64,000 nt of DNA, taken from the NCBI GenBank assembly GCA_012295275.1, contig CM022670.1:25544001-25608000 (forward strand), read 5' to 3'. The stretch is from Chrysomallon squamiferum. Lineage: Eukaryota; Animalia; Mollusca. Position 1 is the stretch's first letter. Each line of letters opens with the position of its first letter. A model generated the notes under the pieces. That model saw nothing but the letters and a program-made list of their open reading frames with translations, did no database searches and had not been told where the DNA came from. Shown piece after piece: positions 36,352 to 50,954 of this stretch. Made by a program: the position numbers and the translations under genes.

Positions 36352-39300
36352 ATGTTGATGCTTTGTAGAGATATCATTTCAGTGCTACTTCTTATGATGT
36401 CTTTAACCCAGAAGCATCTTTGCTACACGCAGAATTCGTCCACTTTGAGGGATCCGATTGTTGGTGATCAGAATGAAGTTATCCTTGATCTAAATTTGTT
36501 TGGCTCTTCTCTGTTTCGGGATGTGGCTCTTGACTTCGATGATTTCGATTCACAAATTGCAGCATTAGATGGCACATACTGCGGCAATCTGTGCGAACTG
36601 ATCTACGACCAGGCACCAAAATACAACACTGCTATCTGTGAAAAATGTAACTGCGATAAGGACTGTGAAATATTCGGAGACTGCTGTCCAGATCTAGTTT
36701 TACTGCAAAATCGTAGTCAGACGAAAAGTAACATGAAATGCATGTCAGGTTCCATGCTAGACGATTCATACGCAATATTCTATAAGATGGTCAATTCGTG
36801 TCCTGAATTTGCTCAGCAAAGTAATAAAGATCTTTGTTCCAACAGAAACATTAAAGACTGGACCTCGGTCAATCCCGTTACCAGTGTTTCTACCAGAATT
36901 ACTTATAGTAATATCTACTGTGCATTGTGTAATGATGACGAACGTGCCCTAAAGTGGAAGACAGAGATATTCTGTGAAGCAAATTCAACAGCGTTTAAGG
37001 AACCATCTTCTATAGAAAACTTACTCAGAAAAGCGTTACTCGACCCTGGCTGTATTGTTTCATTTAAACTACATGGCTATGGTAGAGAGTGTACTGAAGT
37101 CGACAGGCTTTTAGTTAAAGAGTGCAACGTAAGTGGCTCTTGGAGGACGTACGATAGTAAAGTAGAGGCGGCTTGTCGTAAATATCGTAATATAGTGTAT
37201 GGCAAGTACTGGAACGTCTTCTGCTATTTCTGCAACAGTGGAAAATCCTGGGAAAGTATTATTGCGGAATTAAACGTTTTTTATGCACCCGGAATTCGAG
37301 TTGGGCTGATGGCCCTCTTTGAAGTAGACGACAAGTGGAAAACATCAGCGCAGCCTCTGAATACATCACAGTGTTCCACGGGGAATATATTTAACAATTA
37401 CAAGGTATATTAAATTTCGCTACAATGTCAAGGTGTCCAGAAATATCGATATGGACATAATTAAATGCCACAATATCGATTTGAAATCTTAATTTATTTT
37501 GTCTATTTGTTTGAAGTCCTTTTTCTACGTTATAAATAGACTAGAATTAAGCGGATGTTTGAAAATTTTCTGAATACGCTTTTTACTAGAAGATGTTAAA
37601 CAAATGATTCGAATTAATTAGAGTTCAGTAACAAAAATTAAATTAAACTATTTTATAATTAATGAGTGAGGAGATGAAATGGCTGGTAATGAATTGTATC
37701 CTTTTGTACTTTCAATAAGATAAAAAACGACAATCGTGCATTTCTATTTTATTTTGTTAATTTTCATATAAACACCATCTCCCTCGTTAGATTTTGTAGT
37801 GCTCACGTTTTAAAATCCAAAATGTCAAGAAACAATTTTATTTGCATTGTCTTCATTCACAAGGATAAAAATTATTTATACAGTCCACATTACTGTTTAC
37901 ACAACTGCCCTTTATATACTGTTTTCATTTAAAAATTTGACGTAAATTATTTTGAAATGATTTCAGAAAACCTGCATTCCCGTTGGCTGTTCTTTTGAAA
38001 AGAAATTGAATGGACTCGCTTGTTCCAGCATATTAAAGATGACTAACATATTTGGCTACAGACTGTGTCTTCTGGTGAACATTGTTCCAGAGTCTCCACT
38101 TGACGCGTTTGATGCATTTCTGATATCAGCTAAGGTATCTGAATCAGTACGAAACGTTATTCCTTATAACGCGCAAAGTCCTAACATAAGTCTGACAATA
38201 TTGGATATAAGAAACTGCAAAGGGCAAGATCTGCGAATACTGTTGAAGTTGAAGATGTTCTTATTTCCAACAGTGGCAACTGACCGAGAAGTGTTTGAGA
38301 AAATATTAATTAATATGACTGTAAATGCGAAAGAAGAATTACGTCAGTATTACAATTCATCAACAATCACTGTGTATCCTTGTTATTATAAAATCGAAAA
38401 CCCCAGTTTAACGTGCGTAGATTCGTTTAGAGGCATGAACAACGTATTCAAGCTTCGCATTCGAGAAGGGTACGAAAATCAGATTGATATTTTATACATA
38501 CTGGATATTAATTCACTACTTATTTGTCCTTTCATTACGCTGAACGATGATGAGGTCATTGTGCCTTCGTTAGACCTAAACACTTCCACTCTCACACTCA
38601 GTCTTCGTTTCAAAACTAGCGAATCGACAGTGGAAAGCATGAACTATGTGATTTATAACAAGACATCGGTCAAAATTTGTGTAGACAGCTATCCCGATTT
38701 AAAACAATACATAGAGCGTACTCAACCACAGACTTTATCTGTAGTAGACATAATAAGTCTGATTTGCATGTACCTATCTTTACTATGTCTGCTTCTGTCT
38801 CTCTCTCTCTACTGCTTCATCCAAAAACTAAGAACCTCGTGTGGTGTGTTAAACATGGGTCTCATAACGACACTGTTTGTTGCACAAATTTTGTTTCAGT
38901 TTGCTTCGGAAGAAACTGATTTATTTGTTCTATGCACTGCTATCGGAATGTTGCAGCACTTTTTTTGGCTCGCTTCTGTCTGGTGGATGAATGCTATAAC
39001 TGTCAATCTGTTTTACACACTCTGGTTCCCTTTCCATTCCTTGATCATAGTACAAGCAGTTAAAAAGATGTTTGCAGTATCTGCGCTGTATTCATATGGC
39101 TGTTCTGCACTAGTCGTTGGTGCTACTGTTGTAGGCAACATGATAGTATTTGGCGATACTGGCTATGTAACAGATATTTGTTATCTGAAGCGTGATAGTT
39201 CTAGAAAGTACGCCTTGTGTCTTCCAATAGGCATTTTGGTGTTCGGTAACATTATTCTGTTTGTTATCACCATTTGGAAACAGCGAAGCCGTAAATCGGT

Positions 39301-39580
39301 TGGAAGCTCAAGAGAGCACAACATTAGCATGTTGGCTTGTATTAAACTCTCGGTTGTTACTGGTTTGTCTTGGGTATTTGCTTATCTCTATTTATCTACT
39401 AAGTGGGTCCCGTTCTCTGCAGCTTTTTCTATTCTTGTCAATTCACAAGGTATTCTTCTCTTTGTTGCCTTCTTTGTTAACAGCCGGGTCTGGGGTCTGG
39501 TCAGAGAAAAGTGTACACAAAAGTCAAATGATCAGACATTAACGACATCGACATCTAATGCAGTCAACACCCGGGTTTGA
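36352..39580 (+). CDS. Family-B-like (adhesion/Methuselah-like) GPCR with SMB-like Cys-rich ectodomain, 2 exons, ~888 aa
   Basis: Exons 36352-37404 (AAG|gtatat) and 37967-39580 (tttcag|AAA), phase 0 and in frame. Signal peptide, CNCDKDCEIFGDCCPD (somatomedin-B-like) and TYSNIYCALCN/YWNVFCYFCN repeats. The 7TM region has LCTAIGMLQHFFWLASVWWM, KLSVVTGLSWVFAYL and VNSQGILLFVAF. Confidence 0.9.
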
Positions 39581-42500
39581 TTATCACTCTTTAACAACAC
39601 CTCTAACACTCGCAACATATATTTCATGTTAACTGTCCTCTTGTTCAAGAAATTACGTAATTTTGCTTACACTTTCACCGTAATGCTCGGTTTTATTCAT
39701 ACCATGAAATGAGGTTCCCTTCCAAAAGACAGACTTCCTATAATCAGACATGCCATTTGTTACACATAACTCTTTATTGTGTTAGGTAATGTATTCTGTA
39801 CAGCCCTTACTGCTTTACTGGTACTACTCCAGTCTGTTCAGCAAGCTACGCTACAGTGGAACAGCAGTGTTAATCAGTTAGTTGACTGACTTTACAACAG
39901 TGTTGTTTTATATTGCACCTTTTTAAAGTGTTTTATTATATCTACTGATTTCATACAAGCAACAGCAAGAGCCTAATTATAATCTGATAAATGCAGTTAA
40001 TAAATCTACAAATAAATCAATAAATAAATCTAATTTTATAGAATTTTGTTCTGTGTTCTGTATTTAGTCGTATCAGTCTGTTCCCTTATTTATTACCTGT
40101 ATTATTCAAGGTAAACGGCAGGTCATAGTAATACGCTCAAAAGTGTCTTATGGCGTTTTAATGCGTTATGGGACATCTGTCTCTTGGAAGGGATGCACTA
40201 GTTGAACAAAAAATAGAACATTAATATGAAGGAAAACAATCCTGACTATTAGCTGCAGCATTTTTGTTTAGATTATTTTAGAAAGAGTATTATATACCTT
40301 GACAGAAAGACGGCAAGTAGAAAACCTCTTTCTTTCTTAACAATACACATACAGTATTTCATAAAGAATACATACTGTGAAACATATCTTCACTGTCGTT
40401 TGTTTCTAGACCATTATATATCTGTATTATACATGAAATATTATTTTACTAATCGTGATGGTGTGAAGCATCTGTATGTTCAGTTTGTGTGCACATGTTT
40501 GTTGCGTTTGTGTGTATGTGTATATATGTATGTCGAGTTTTTTGTATACGTATGTCTGTGCATGTGTGTTATGTGGAGATTGTGTGTGGATGTATCTGTA
40601 TTTATTATTATACAGACATGTGTGTGTGTGTGTGAGTGTCATTCAGCTCATGGATCAGTACATCCATGATACAGTCTAATAATGTTTTACTACAACATAT
40701 GACTTCAAACCTTTTCTTTAATCGCATAATAAGCTACAGGTTATTAGTGCGGATTTATCGGTTATATTCAATTGACCATATAACTGGATTAGTTTATGGG
40801 TCAGATATTATAATGTTTCCCCCACCCTGATTTTTGAGAAAGATAAAATATATTAATTATACCATACACCCAGTTTTTGTTTTTTACTTCGGTAATTATT
40901 AATTTCCTAACTGTTCGAAAATATTAAACTTCTTCTGTTAAAACTTAGAAAAAAGCTGATATAATTTTAGAATGAAATACATGTTTTAAATAACCTTTTT
41001 ATCCGTTTCCATTTAAAAAAAAATAAAAAAAATAAAGAGACTAGCAACGAATCATCTGTCTACTTAGATTTTTAGAAGTGTGTTTTACTTGAAATTAATG
41101 TTGCACAATATTTGTTAATATGAATGTCGTATATATATAACTCACTTCGTCCGTTTTCTGTTTTCTTAGTGTATTGTGATGGTTACCGTTAGTGACTATC
41201 TCGAAAAGTCATTTGCACTTTTACTCAAATGTCCATTAATTTTCCAGCTTTCTGTAAAATGTCACGTTTTGCAATTTATTTTATTATCTGACTTGATAAC
41301 TTAAAATAATAATGATAAATAAACAAGATAAAGGTTTAGCTTTCTTTTTCATTTTTTGTTCTGTTTTGTTGAACATTCTGACATAAAGTAATCAGTATGT
41401 GGTCTTCTAGTATTAATCTTTGTTATAAAACGTCCTTTGACTCGCAGCTTAATACATTTCTCTTCCTCGTTTATAATGTCGTTTGTTCTTAGGGTTGAAG
41501 AAAACTTAGGTTATAGATTTTTTTTTCTTTTTCAGAAAAATAATGTTAAAAACAAAAATAAAATAAAATAAAATAAAATAAAACAAAATAAGTAATAAAA
41601 CGAATAAATAAAGTAATTAAACAAGAATATAATAATAATGTAAAAAAAAATCATTGTTAGAACGACATCTGCAGTTCCAAAATTTCCCCGCGTCTTTAAG
41701 CTGTAAATAATGATGTCCACGCTCTTCATATTAAATTATCAATTACATAATTATGACAAGAAGAAGGTTTTAAAAAAATAATTCATTGTCGTATTATTTA
41801 AAATGAGTATCTTACAACGTATAATGCGCACTGGCCGTGAAGTCATCATGCAGGTGGTTTCTCTGAGTTATCTGTATTCCATATAATAAAGAAAATTTGA
41901 AAGAAAATTGTTTATGTACAGAAAAGGTCTATAGTCAGATAGATAGATAGATAGACAGTTGGATACATAAATAAGACCATAGATATCGATACATATTATT
42001 ATGGCTTCATAAAATGCTTTAACGTAAGGAATTCAAATTAATTATTTATTATTAGATGATGGCAGACCGTCATTTATTTATCTGTATATTATGTAAAGAC
42101 TTTACTTACATTTTGTGACAGAACTGGATTAGGATCGGATCAGTGACTGCACACAAGTTGGCCAACAGCAAGTAGGGTTCTTGTTCCTAAGCCGCGTCAC
42201 TGTGATTTCTCGCTAACACATAAATGCATATAATGTAGTATAGGCCAAGCTATATCCTTATAACGCACTGGACTATATTCTCACTCGTAGAGTTAATTGT
42301 TTAATAACTAGTTTTGCTTACGTGATGGAATAAAGTATCCCGACCGCTGATACAGAAGTGGAATGAATTTATAACGGTCAGTATGTCGTAACAAAAATGT
42401 GTTCAAAGACGAAATAGTAAAGTCCATAACACACACATACACACAACGTCTTGATATAATAATTATTATAATCAATATTTTAGGAATAAAACGTGTATGT

Positions 42501-42827
42501 GTGTATGTACGTATGTATGTGTGTGTGTGTATGTGTGTGTTTGAGTGTATATAAGCAGGTTGATAATATGAATTGTTATAACAGATTATGATTTACAAGA
42601 AAATAAACGACATTTTCAAAACGAAATCTTGCATATATATTCAGTGGACTTAAATTAACACTGTAAACATATTAATACTTGTTACTGGTTCAGTTTTTAG
42701 TATCTCACTATTGTTTAAATGCATCAGAATTGTGTCACCAATTTTTCCAAAGAGAAATAGAGAAGTATTATATATTCCAAATATGGAGGGCAAACCTATT
42801 ATCAAAATAAAATTGTAATGACCCTAG

Positions 42828-44184
42828 ATGAGCAGCCTAAGAGCCATTCGTCAGCCAGAAAACGTGAAGACACTAGCAACGCAGTATCGCCTGGCTATCA
42901 CGCCCAAACGATCTGGTTCAAAGACTGTAGACAGATCAAAGAACAAAGAAACTAACTTCCTGGATGAAGAGGTCGCAGAAAATACGGAAACATCCGAGAA
43001 GAAACGAAGTATCAGACGTTTTCGACTTTCAGAATTACTCGATGCTAACGATTTCAATTTTGATGGTAAATACATTTTTTCTTTCTTTTTTTCTCGTTTC
43101 TTTTTTCTCATTATTTAGCGTTAGCAATAATAATAATAATAAATTAAATAAATAATTTAAATTACGAAGTTTTATTATTTTGCAGATACAGATGACGATA
43201 TTTGCAGCCCGAAAGTTTACAAGGATCGCTCCCAGCTAACTTACGTATGTGCCTGTAAATACCTCAACGTGCACGTCAACAAGAATTTCTGCAAAAGTCT
43301 GCTATCAAACAAAGTAGTTATTCTGAACCAACGTCTCACGAGAAACGATGTGAAAGCTTGCGCAGTAGCATTACTAGTAAGAAGTTTCAAAGTCTTTACC
43401 AGTTCATGTAGTCTCTATCAAAAATGAACTATATCTTGATACACAATATGCACCGTACGTAATGACAAAATGTGATGAATAGCTACATTTCGGAGACTGT
43501 ATTTATGACTATAAATTACTTGTTATATATAAAACAAGCAATTTCATTTCGTTTTTTATAATGTTTAGGACTGCAAGCTAAAATAAATAACTTGTTACTG
43601 TGTTAATCCTGTTTTAAATTAGCTTTATCCTGCTTAAGTCGAATGGCATAGCCTCGCTGAATTGTGTCACTCGTAACTTCGCAGAATAAAGCTGATCTCA
43701 GTTATTCCCAATATCTATATATATATGTATGTATGTGTGAATATGTATATGTGTTTATTAGTGCGTGCGTGTTTGTGGGTTTTTTTCCCCTGGTATATGT
43801 GCGTGCGCGCGTACGTTCGTATGTGTATTAATAACATTTGGAATTAAATAAATATGAAATTTTTAACAAGAAAAACGCCAGAGTGGATACACTGACTTTG
43901 GATGCCAACAACCTGGGTCACTATGGAGTAATTCAGATCGCAGAAATTTTGCCACACAAAGCAGAGATTCTTGAACTGGTAATACTATATCATTATTTTC
44001 TAAACTTTTTTTTTATTAGTTATCATTATAATTATTGCAAATGAGTGAATGTTCAATGATAAGAGCCCTCATGTTAGTTGGAAAGGGATTTGTTTTTTTA
44101 ATTTTTATAATTATTTAACACTTTTATAAAATAAAACTATGACATAATGCAAATACTATTTGAACATGTCCTAAACAAATTTAC

Positions 44185-44230
<46 letters not shown>

Positions 44231-45443
44231 TAGAATGTTCTGAATATATGTCCTTTTAAAATATTCTGCTGTTGGCATTATTTTTAATTAGACCAAATTA
44301 ATGGTAATTACAGGTGAAGAGTAGTCAGTGGTTTTGAAAGATACATATCTCAGCCCTATGATTTTTAATTATAATTACTATGTTCTTTAATATATATATA
44401 TAATAATTTCAGAATATTATAAATAACGCAATTGGGTCTATAGGAGCTAAGGAACTTTGTAGAGTTTTGATGAACAATGTCACCGTCAGAAAACTTGATC
44501 TTTCTGGTAAGTCTTCCTAACATTATCAAAAACAACCGTTACGTTGGCTAATATAAAATAGAGTGTTTTTTCTTCTTCTTCTTTAATATAACATAAATTC
44601 AATAAATACACAAATGACAATGGCAGTTAACATCACTATAGATTAATATATATATTGTAATATATTACAATTTAATCAGAAAAAAACGTAAAAAACCCGA
44701 TTTAGATCGTAAAGATGTAAAATATTACAATTTAATCGAACAAAAAAGAAAATTGAATATATTACAATTTAATGGAATGTAGAAAAAGGAAACTAACTAC
44801 TCAAATTACATTTTGCAGCTGGGTAACAAAGCAATGCTAGTTTTGAAAGTATGTCTGAAAGATCGATTTAGATTTTGCTGTGTTATCATGCACGTAGACA
44901 CAACACAGACAGACAAACATATATACCTTCCCGAGTCTCAGCCCTTGACTTCACACAATCTTTCATCGATAACAGACCTGCCATCTTTTGCTTAGAGACA
45001 ACTATTCGTTATTGCCTACGCCATTGTTTACGTATACAAGTAGAATACTTTTATTACTAAACTTGAACGTTGTTTGCTACAGGAAACGGTTTTGTAGACG
45101 GCGATGCAGAACACTTTCGAGATCTTATGGAGGTAAGCTTCTGAATCCAAAAAGTATGTTTGTATCACATTTTTGGGGTGGTTATAGAATTTGAGTAAAT
45201 CTGATTAAAAAAACAACAACATATACATATACATAAGTAAGAAAGATTTATTGTCAGATGTCGCTCTGTAGTCTAATTGTAAGTATTTATATTTTTAAAA
45301 TTGTTCTTCCACTGAAAATATTCAAATTATTTTAAACTTTTGCAAAATGAAATAAAATGAAAAGACAAAAGTATTCATATTATAGATAATTCTGAGATTG
45401 TTAGACGACAGCATGTATATAGTTATTATTTATTTTATTGTTG

Positions 45444-45478
<35 letters not shown>

Positions 45479-46331
45479 TTATCAATCAAATGGTTATCAC
45501 TAATATGTTATTCATGCGTATGTCCATCTATCAGTTCGTCCATCCATCTGTTTGTCAGTGTATTATATCGTCTTTTCATCTCTCCGTCAGTCCATAAGAG
45601 CTTCCGTCCATCTATCAGTTTATTAATTCACTTATCCATCAGCCAGACCAGTCATCCATTCATCCAGTAAATACTTAAAATAATTTTCTGTTTAGGAGAA
45701 TCATGGTTTACGTCATCTTAATCTCAGTCACAATGATTTCGGAGAAAAAGGAGGGAAGTTGTTAGCTGAAGGAATAGGTGATATACAGAAAAGATTGATT
45801 TCTAAGTTAAGTTTCTAAAGATTTGGAAAGAAAACGTAATAATATGAACAGTGGAAAAAATTATATCAAAACTAATGTAAACATTCACTGATAAATATAT
45901 ATACAATTGTAATTTAAAACTAGTACAAACAAATTGATTGTGTGTAATTCGTTTTGAATTGATATTTATTACCACAGCTACTTTTCAGTTACAGTAAATA
46001 CAACAACGACATTAAACATTATTACTATCGTTACTGCTTCTAAAGTTACCACCACTACAACCACAAATACTCCTTTCAAAATTACTATTACTTCTAACAC
46101 CACTACTACTGCTGCGGCTATTGTTGTTGTTGCTAATGCCGCTGCTGTTTTTGTTATTGTTATTATTATTATGTTGTAGCCAGTAATGACTTTTTGCAAA
46201 TCTTGGATCTGAGCTGGAATCATCTACGACTTGGCGGTGCAGTGGCTATTGGAAAAAGCGTTGAGGTCTTTATAATTTTATTTTGTTCTCCAGTTACCTA
46301 ACGCTTTGTGCCAACGATCCACATAAAACAA

Positions 46332-46364
<33 letters not shown>

Positions 46365-46385
46365 TATCTCAAAATGTTATTATTA

Positions 46386-46453
<68 letters not shown>

Positions 46454-46831
46454 GGAAAATCAGTTCTTGGAAAGATTACATCTTGGGTGGAATGGCTTTC
46501 ACGTGCGGGGCTGTGCTGCCTTGGGCGAATCTTTGAAAACAAACAGCTGCCTGACGCACCTAGATCTCACCTGCAACCGAGTGAACGAAGTCAGTTTATC
46601 ACAGATTCTAAAAGGACTCATAGAAAACACTACCCTGAGAGTTCTAAACGTCAGTACATTTCATCTTTTAAATTAGTTTTCAATTCTTACTAAAACGGTA
46701 CTGATAAACGTCAATATATATATACACACACCCATAATACTAATAAAAATACAGTTAAGTGTAGTATGAGCAAATATAATAATAATAATAATAATAATAA
46801 GTAGTTGTTATTATTGCTGTTGTCGTTTTTT

Positions 46832-46869
<38 letters not shown>

Positions 46870-48998
46870 ATGCTACTGATTCTAAGTTATAATCATTACT
46901 TTACAATTCAAGTTTTACTTAGTATTAATTAACGCAATGTAAACATACAGTAGTTGATAATTGTGTTTTCAGTTACCGCTAAATCCGCTGTACCCTGCCG
47001 GAGCGTTGACGCTGCTTAAAGTGTTAGACAAGTACGACACCATTGCGATTACTGACGTCGCTCTAGGAGTGAGTTGAAGTAGTTGAGTGATTAATGTAAA
47101 TGTAAAATATTTTTATTTGTTTATTTATAAAACGTAAACAGTTAAAATAAAATAAATATCATTATAGATACATATTTAAGAAAACTATACATTTAAAAAA
47201 GAAACTAAAAAAACTACAAAAACAATATTTTAGCCCCATTCATGGAATACTAAATTGCATAAGCCTTAATAATTCAAAGTCATATTCTCGCTTGTCAATC
47301 TAATACATCCATATCTACTCTCTTTCTTTCTCTCTCTCTCTCTCTCACACACCCACACACGCACACACACACACACTCATTGAAAAGAACATGTGTTTGT
47401 CTGCTATATTTCTTAAAAAAAGCTATTAATGTTTTGTTTGTATATTGTGGTAAATAATATGATAATATTTACAATTAGTTTATCAAAGCAAACGCTTTTA
47501 CTGGGCCATTTTCTTCAACGTCCTCAGAATCAAACAGTTACGGAAGAATTCATATCCCTTTTGTCAACACTTAAAGAAAAGAGAGATTTAGACGTGACCT
47601 ACGGACATGTACTTCATAAACCAATATCGATGTCGGAAACGCAAGACGATTTTGACAGGGAGGGAGAGAAAACTGTCGAGGACTTGATCTCTGAGAACCC
47701 TATTCTCGTGCTTATGGAGTATGCGCGGCAGCAGAACTTCAGGCTTATCGACGTGTTTAAAACAATGGATGTTGACCAGAGCGGAACATTAACAAAACAA
47801 GAGTTTAAAACTGGCTTACAGGTATAATTAAATTTATTTTACTTATTATTAAATTCCTGCTTAATTAATTAATTTATTTTTCGATTTAATTAAAAGAACT
47901 GATTAATTCATTTATTTATTTTTAATTTATTAATCTATTATATTTTATTATTTATGACTCTGCGTATTTTATTTTATATTATTTATTTATTTTTCATTTA
48001 TATAATGTTTATTCTCGTTCTGTCGTTTTTCAATGAAGGGACGTAACTCGTGAAAACATGTCATTCGATTACGTTTATCAGTATAAATGTTTCTGCTGTT
48101 ACAGAACGTAGACATTGTACTTCCTGACGCTGCTCTTGAAAGCCTCATCGATGGTCTAGATAAAGACAAGAGTGGATCAGTCGACTTCAGGTATTAATAC
48201 GCACAAAGACTCATCGGGAAACATACAAACATACACACCTGCACGTACATGCACAAGCAAGTTACATACGTTCTTGCATTTACACAAATGCAGCTACAGA
48301 TCGAGGATCCCTTATCCGAAATTCCGAAATACGATTGTTTTTTTTCTTTTTTTCTTTCTTGAGCAGCAGAAACAATGGTATTTCATTGTAAAGGATTGTT
48401 TACTTTATTTTATGCACAAAAAATTATTAAATATGTTATACAAAAAAAAAAAAAAAAAAAAAAAAAGATCCTGCAGACTGTATGCATAACTGTGTACGAA
48501 ATATAAATCGCATTCATGTTTTGACTTAGATCCTATACTCAGGCTTTCTCGATATTTTCAAAATCCTAAACACCGCCAGTCCCAGGTATTTCGGATAAAT
48601 CGTTCTCAACCTATATATAAATATGCATACACACAAATACACACAGCCTTATACAGTACATACGTACTAACCAATATAAATAATTATTACGTAGAAAAAA
48701 ACATCATTATATACAGCTGTGCCTATATGTATTTATATATTTGAAACGATCCGCATTTTCAGTTATGTCGTAAATGTGAACACACCAACAACATATGTAG
48801 GATACTTATACGTTTCTGTGTGTATGTTTTTATATATATATTACATTTTTTAGTGAACTAGTTTCTGGTCACAAACTCTACAAATCGATGGTTAAAGAAT
48901 CGGTGTTTGCAGGCTCTCTAGAACGCTCACAAATTGGACAGATTGCTGATAAAATTAGAATGGTTATGAAAAAGAGTTTCATTATGAGAAACTTTTGA
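42828..48998 (+). CDS. LRRC74: LRRC74A/B-like leucine-rich-repeat protein with two C-terminal EF-hands, 12 exons, 554 aa
   Basis: Exons 42828-43065, 43186-43376, 43871-43978, 44413-44506, 45083-45132, 45696-45777, 46180-46265, 46455-46649, 46973-47068, 47528-47821, 48105-48190, 48854-48998. All introns are GT-AG with consistent phases, total 1665 nt. Motifs: YVCACKYLNV..KACAVALL, RI-type LRRs (LDLSGNGF, LNLSHNDFGEKGG, LDLSWNHLR) and EF-hands DVDQSGTLTKQE and DKDKSGSVDFSE. An additional upstream exon is possible. Confidence 0.9.
48297..48613. mobile_element. Second, diverged Tigger4/MER46-like MITE in LRRC74 intron 11
   Basis: TA|CAGATCGAGGATCCCTTATCCGAAAT ... ATTTCGGATAAATCGTTCTCAACCT.|TA, with internal similarity to 31700-32009. 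Confidence 0.75.
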
Positions 48999-49331
48999 AA
49001 ACAGTACAAAGAATCAGTTAGGATCAATTCTGTATGAAGATACAGTCACTTAACCATTCAGAATTATTTGAAGAATTATGGTTATAAGATTGATTCTATA
49101 GTTCAGTACCTATGCTTGAATGTTCCTGTAAGTATGAGTACATTTTTTATATATGCCTGTTTTATGTGTCTGTGTGTATGTGTTTGTGTGTTTGTTTTTG
49201 TTTGTGTATATGTGTGTGTATGTGTGTGGGTGTGTGTGTAAGTAAGTAAGTAAGTATGCTCATGTCTATATGTGCATATCTGTCACAAATTCTGTTTAAT
49301 CTGTCAGATTAGCACAAAGATGGAACATTTA

Positions 49332-49337
49332 AATAAA
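49332..49337 (+). terminator. Candidate polyadenylation signal of the LRRC74-like gene
   Basis: First AATAAA I see after the stop codon (~330 nt downstream). The AT-rich background weakens this call. Confidence 0.35.
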
Positions 49338-49429
49338 AATTGTAAAACATTTTCTGGTTTGATTTGTTTTCTTTATGTTCTTCGTTTACAGTTATATCTG
49401 TTTAAATTATTATAATTATTACTAAAGTT

Positions 49430-49702
49430 GCTAGATTGTGCCGCACGGTGCACTCTACCAGACTTCTTTTATATACATCAGCAGCTATTATGACTACTTT
49501 TCTGAATCGGTGCCCGCCCTTCTTCAGCTCCTGGAAGTCCTTCACGACCGTCTCGAAGAACAAGGAAGTACTCAATAAACCTACAGCAGCTGAGGAAAAC
49601 TACCTGGACAACTACAACAACTCTCCTGAAGAAGCGCTATGACTCAAGAAGTGATCTTCAGAGAACAGTATCATTCATAGTCACTGCTGGCCTTGACGTA
49701 TT
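49430..49702 (+). mobile_element. 3' remnant of a non-LTR retrotransposon
   Basis: LQQLRKTTWTTTTTLLKKRYDSRSDLQRTVSFIVTAGLDV resembles the LR..WP...L..KLYG...DL..T..FI...GL.V tail of I-group LINE ORF2 (from memory). Confidence 0.5.
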
Positions 49703-49842
49703 TTTTCTTATATTTACAAACACACACGCGCAGAAACACAAAACATGCACGGTTATTATTTCTAAACGAGTAGTAAAAATTAACTACCATACCAAAACAG
49801 AAATTATCCGTTCCAGAATTTTAATGACAGTAACAACAACAA

Positions 49843-49874
<32 letters not shown>

Positions 49875-50621
49875 ACAACAACAACAATAATAATAATAGT
49901 AATAAATAAATAAATAATAAATAAATAAATAATCATTTAATGCCGAAAGATTTAATTTATAACTGCATACTAAATTTTTGAATGAAATTATCGAAATCAA
50001 AATATTAAAATAATAATAATAATAATAATAATAATAGTACAAACCACTGAACGAAATTTAGCACTTGTATGAATGTAAGATTATCTGCTACTGTAATTTA
50101 TATTTTAAATTGCGTATATTTATAAAAACATGGGATATTTTTTCCCATTCGGAATAAAATAAAGATAATTATATAAATAAATACGTATTAAAAAAAGAGA
50201 AACAATTGTCTGACGTCATCCCTTTGAAATAAATAGCTCGAAGATCATAACAACGGTCATTTGAATTGCTAAACACGACTATCATCAAGAACTGTAGTTC
50301 AAAATTTAAGCTATATTTTCACAGTGTTAAAGATTAAAAGATGGTTACGAGACAAAACTGAGTTTTGAACAATTAATTAAATCAATAGTTTATTTCTTTA
50401 AAAATGGATGTAAAAAAAAATTGTCTAAATTCTTATGAAAACCTAAATCGAAACAATATGAATAAAAGGTAAAATTAATTCTCAGAGAGCGCGTCCACTC
50501 GCAATGATGACAACAGAGAAGCTGCACTGCGGAAAGAATCGGTCACTCGTCAGCGATACTGTTCGAAATGAGGAAACAAGGAAGGAAGCGGGCAGAATTA
50601 CTCACCTCTTGAAGCATCGGT

Positions 50622-50661
<40 letters not shown>

Positions 50662-50895
50662 TGTGTGTGTCTGTTATTTTTATACACACTGGAAACAACA
50701 TCTTGTTCTTGAATATCCTGTGTGTGCATATGTGTATGTAGTATACGTTGTTTATATATGCATTTTGCATACACAAATATATACGATGTGTGCGTGTGTG
50801 GGTGCATATGTGTCTGGGTGAAAAAAATATATGTACGTATGTATGAGTCTATGAGGTATGTACGTGTATGTTTATATTTGTTTACATATATATAT

Positions 50896-50954
<59 letters not shown>

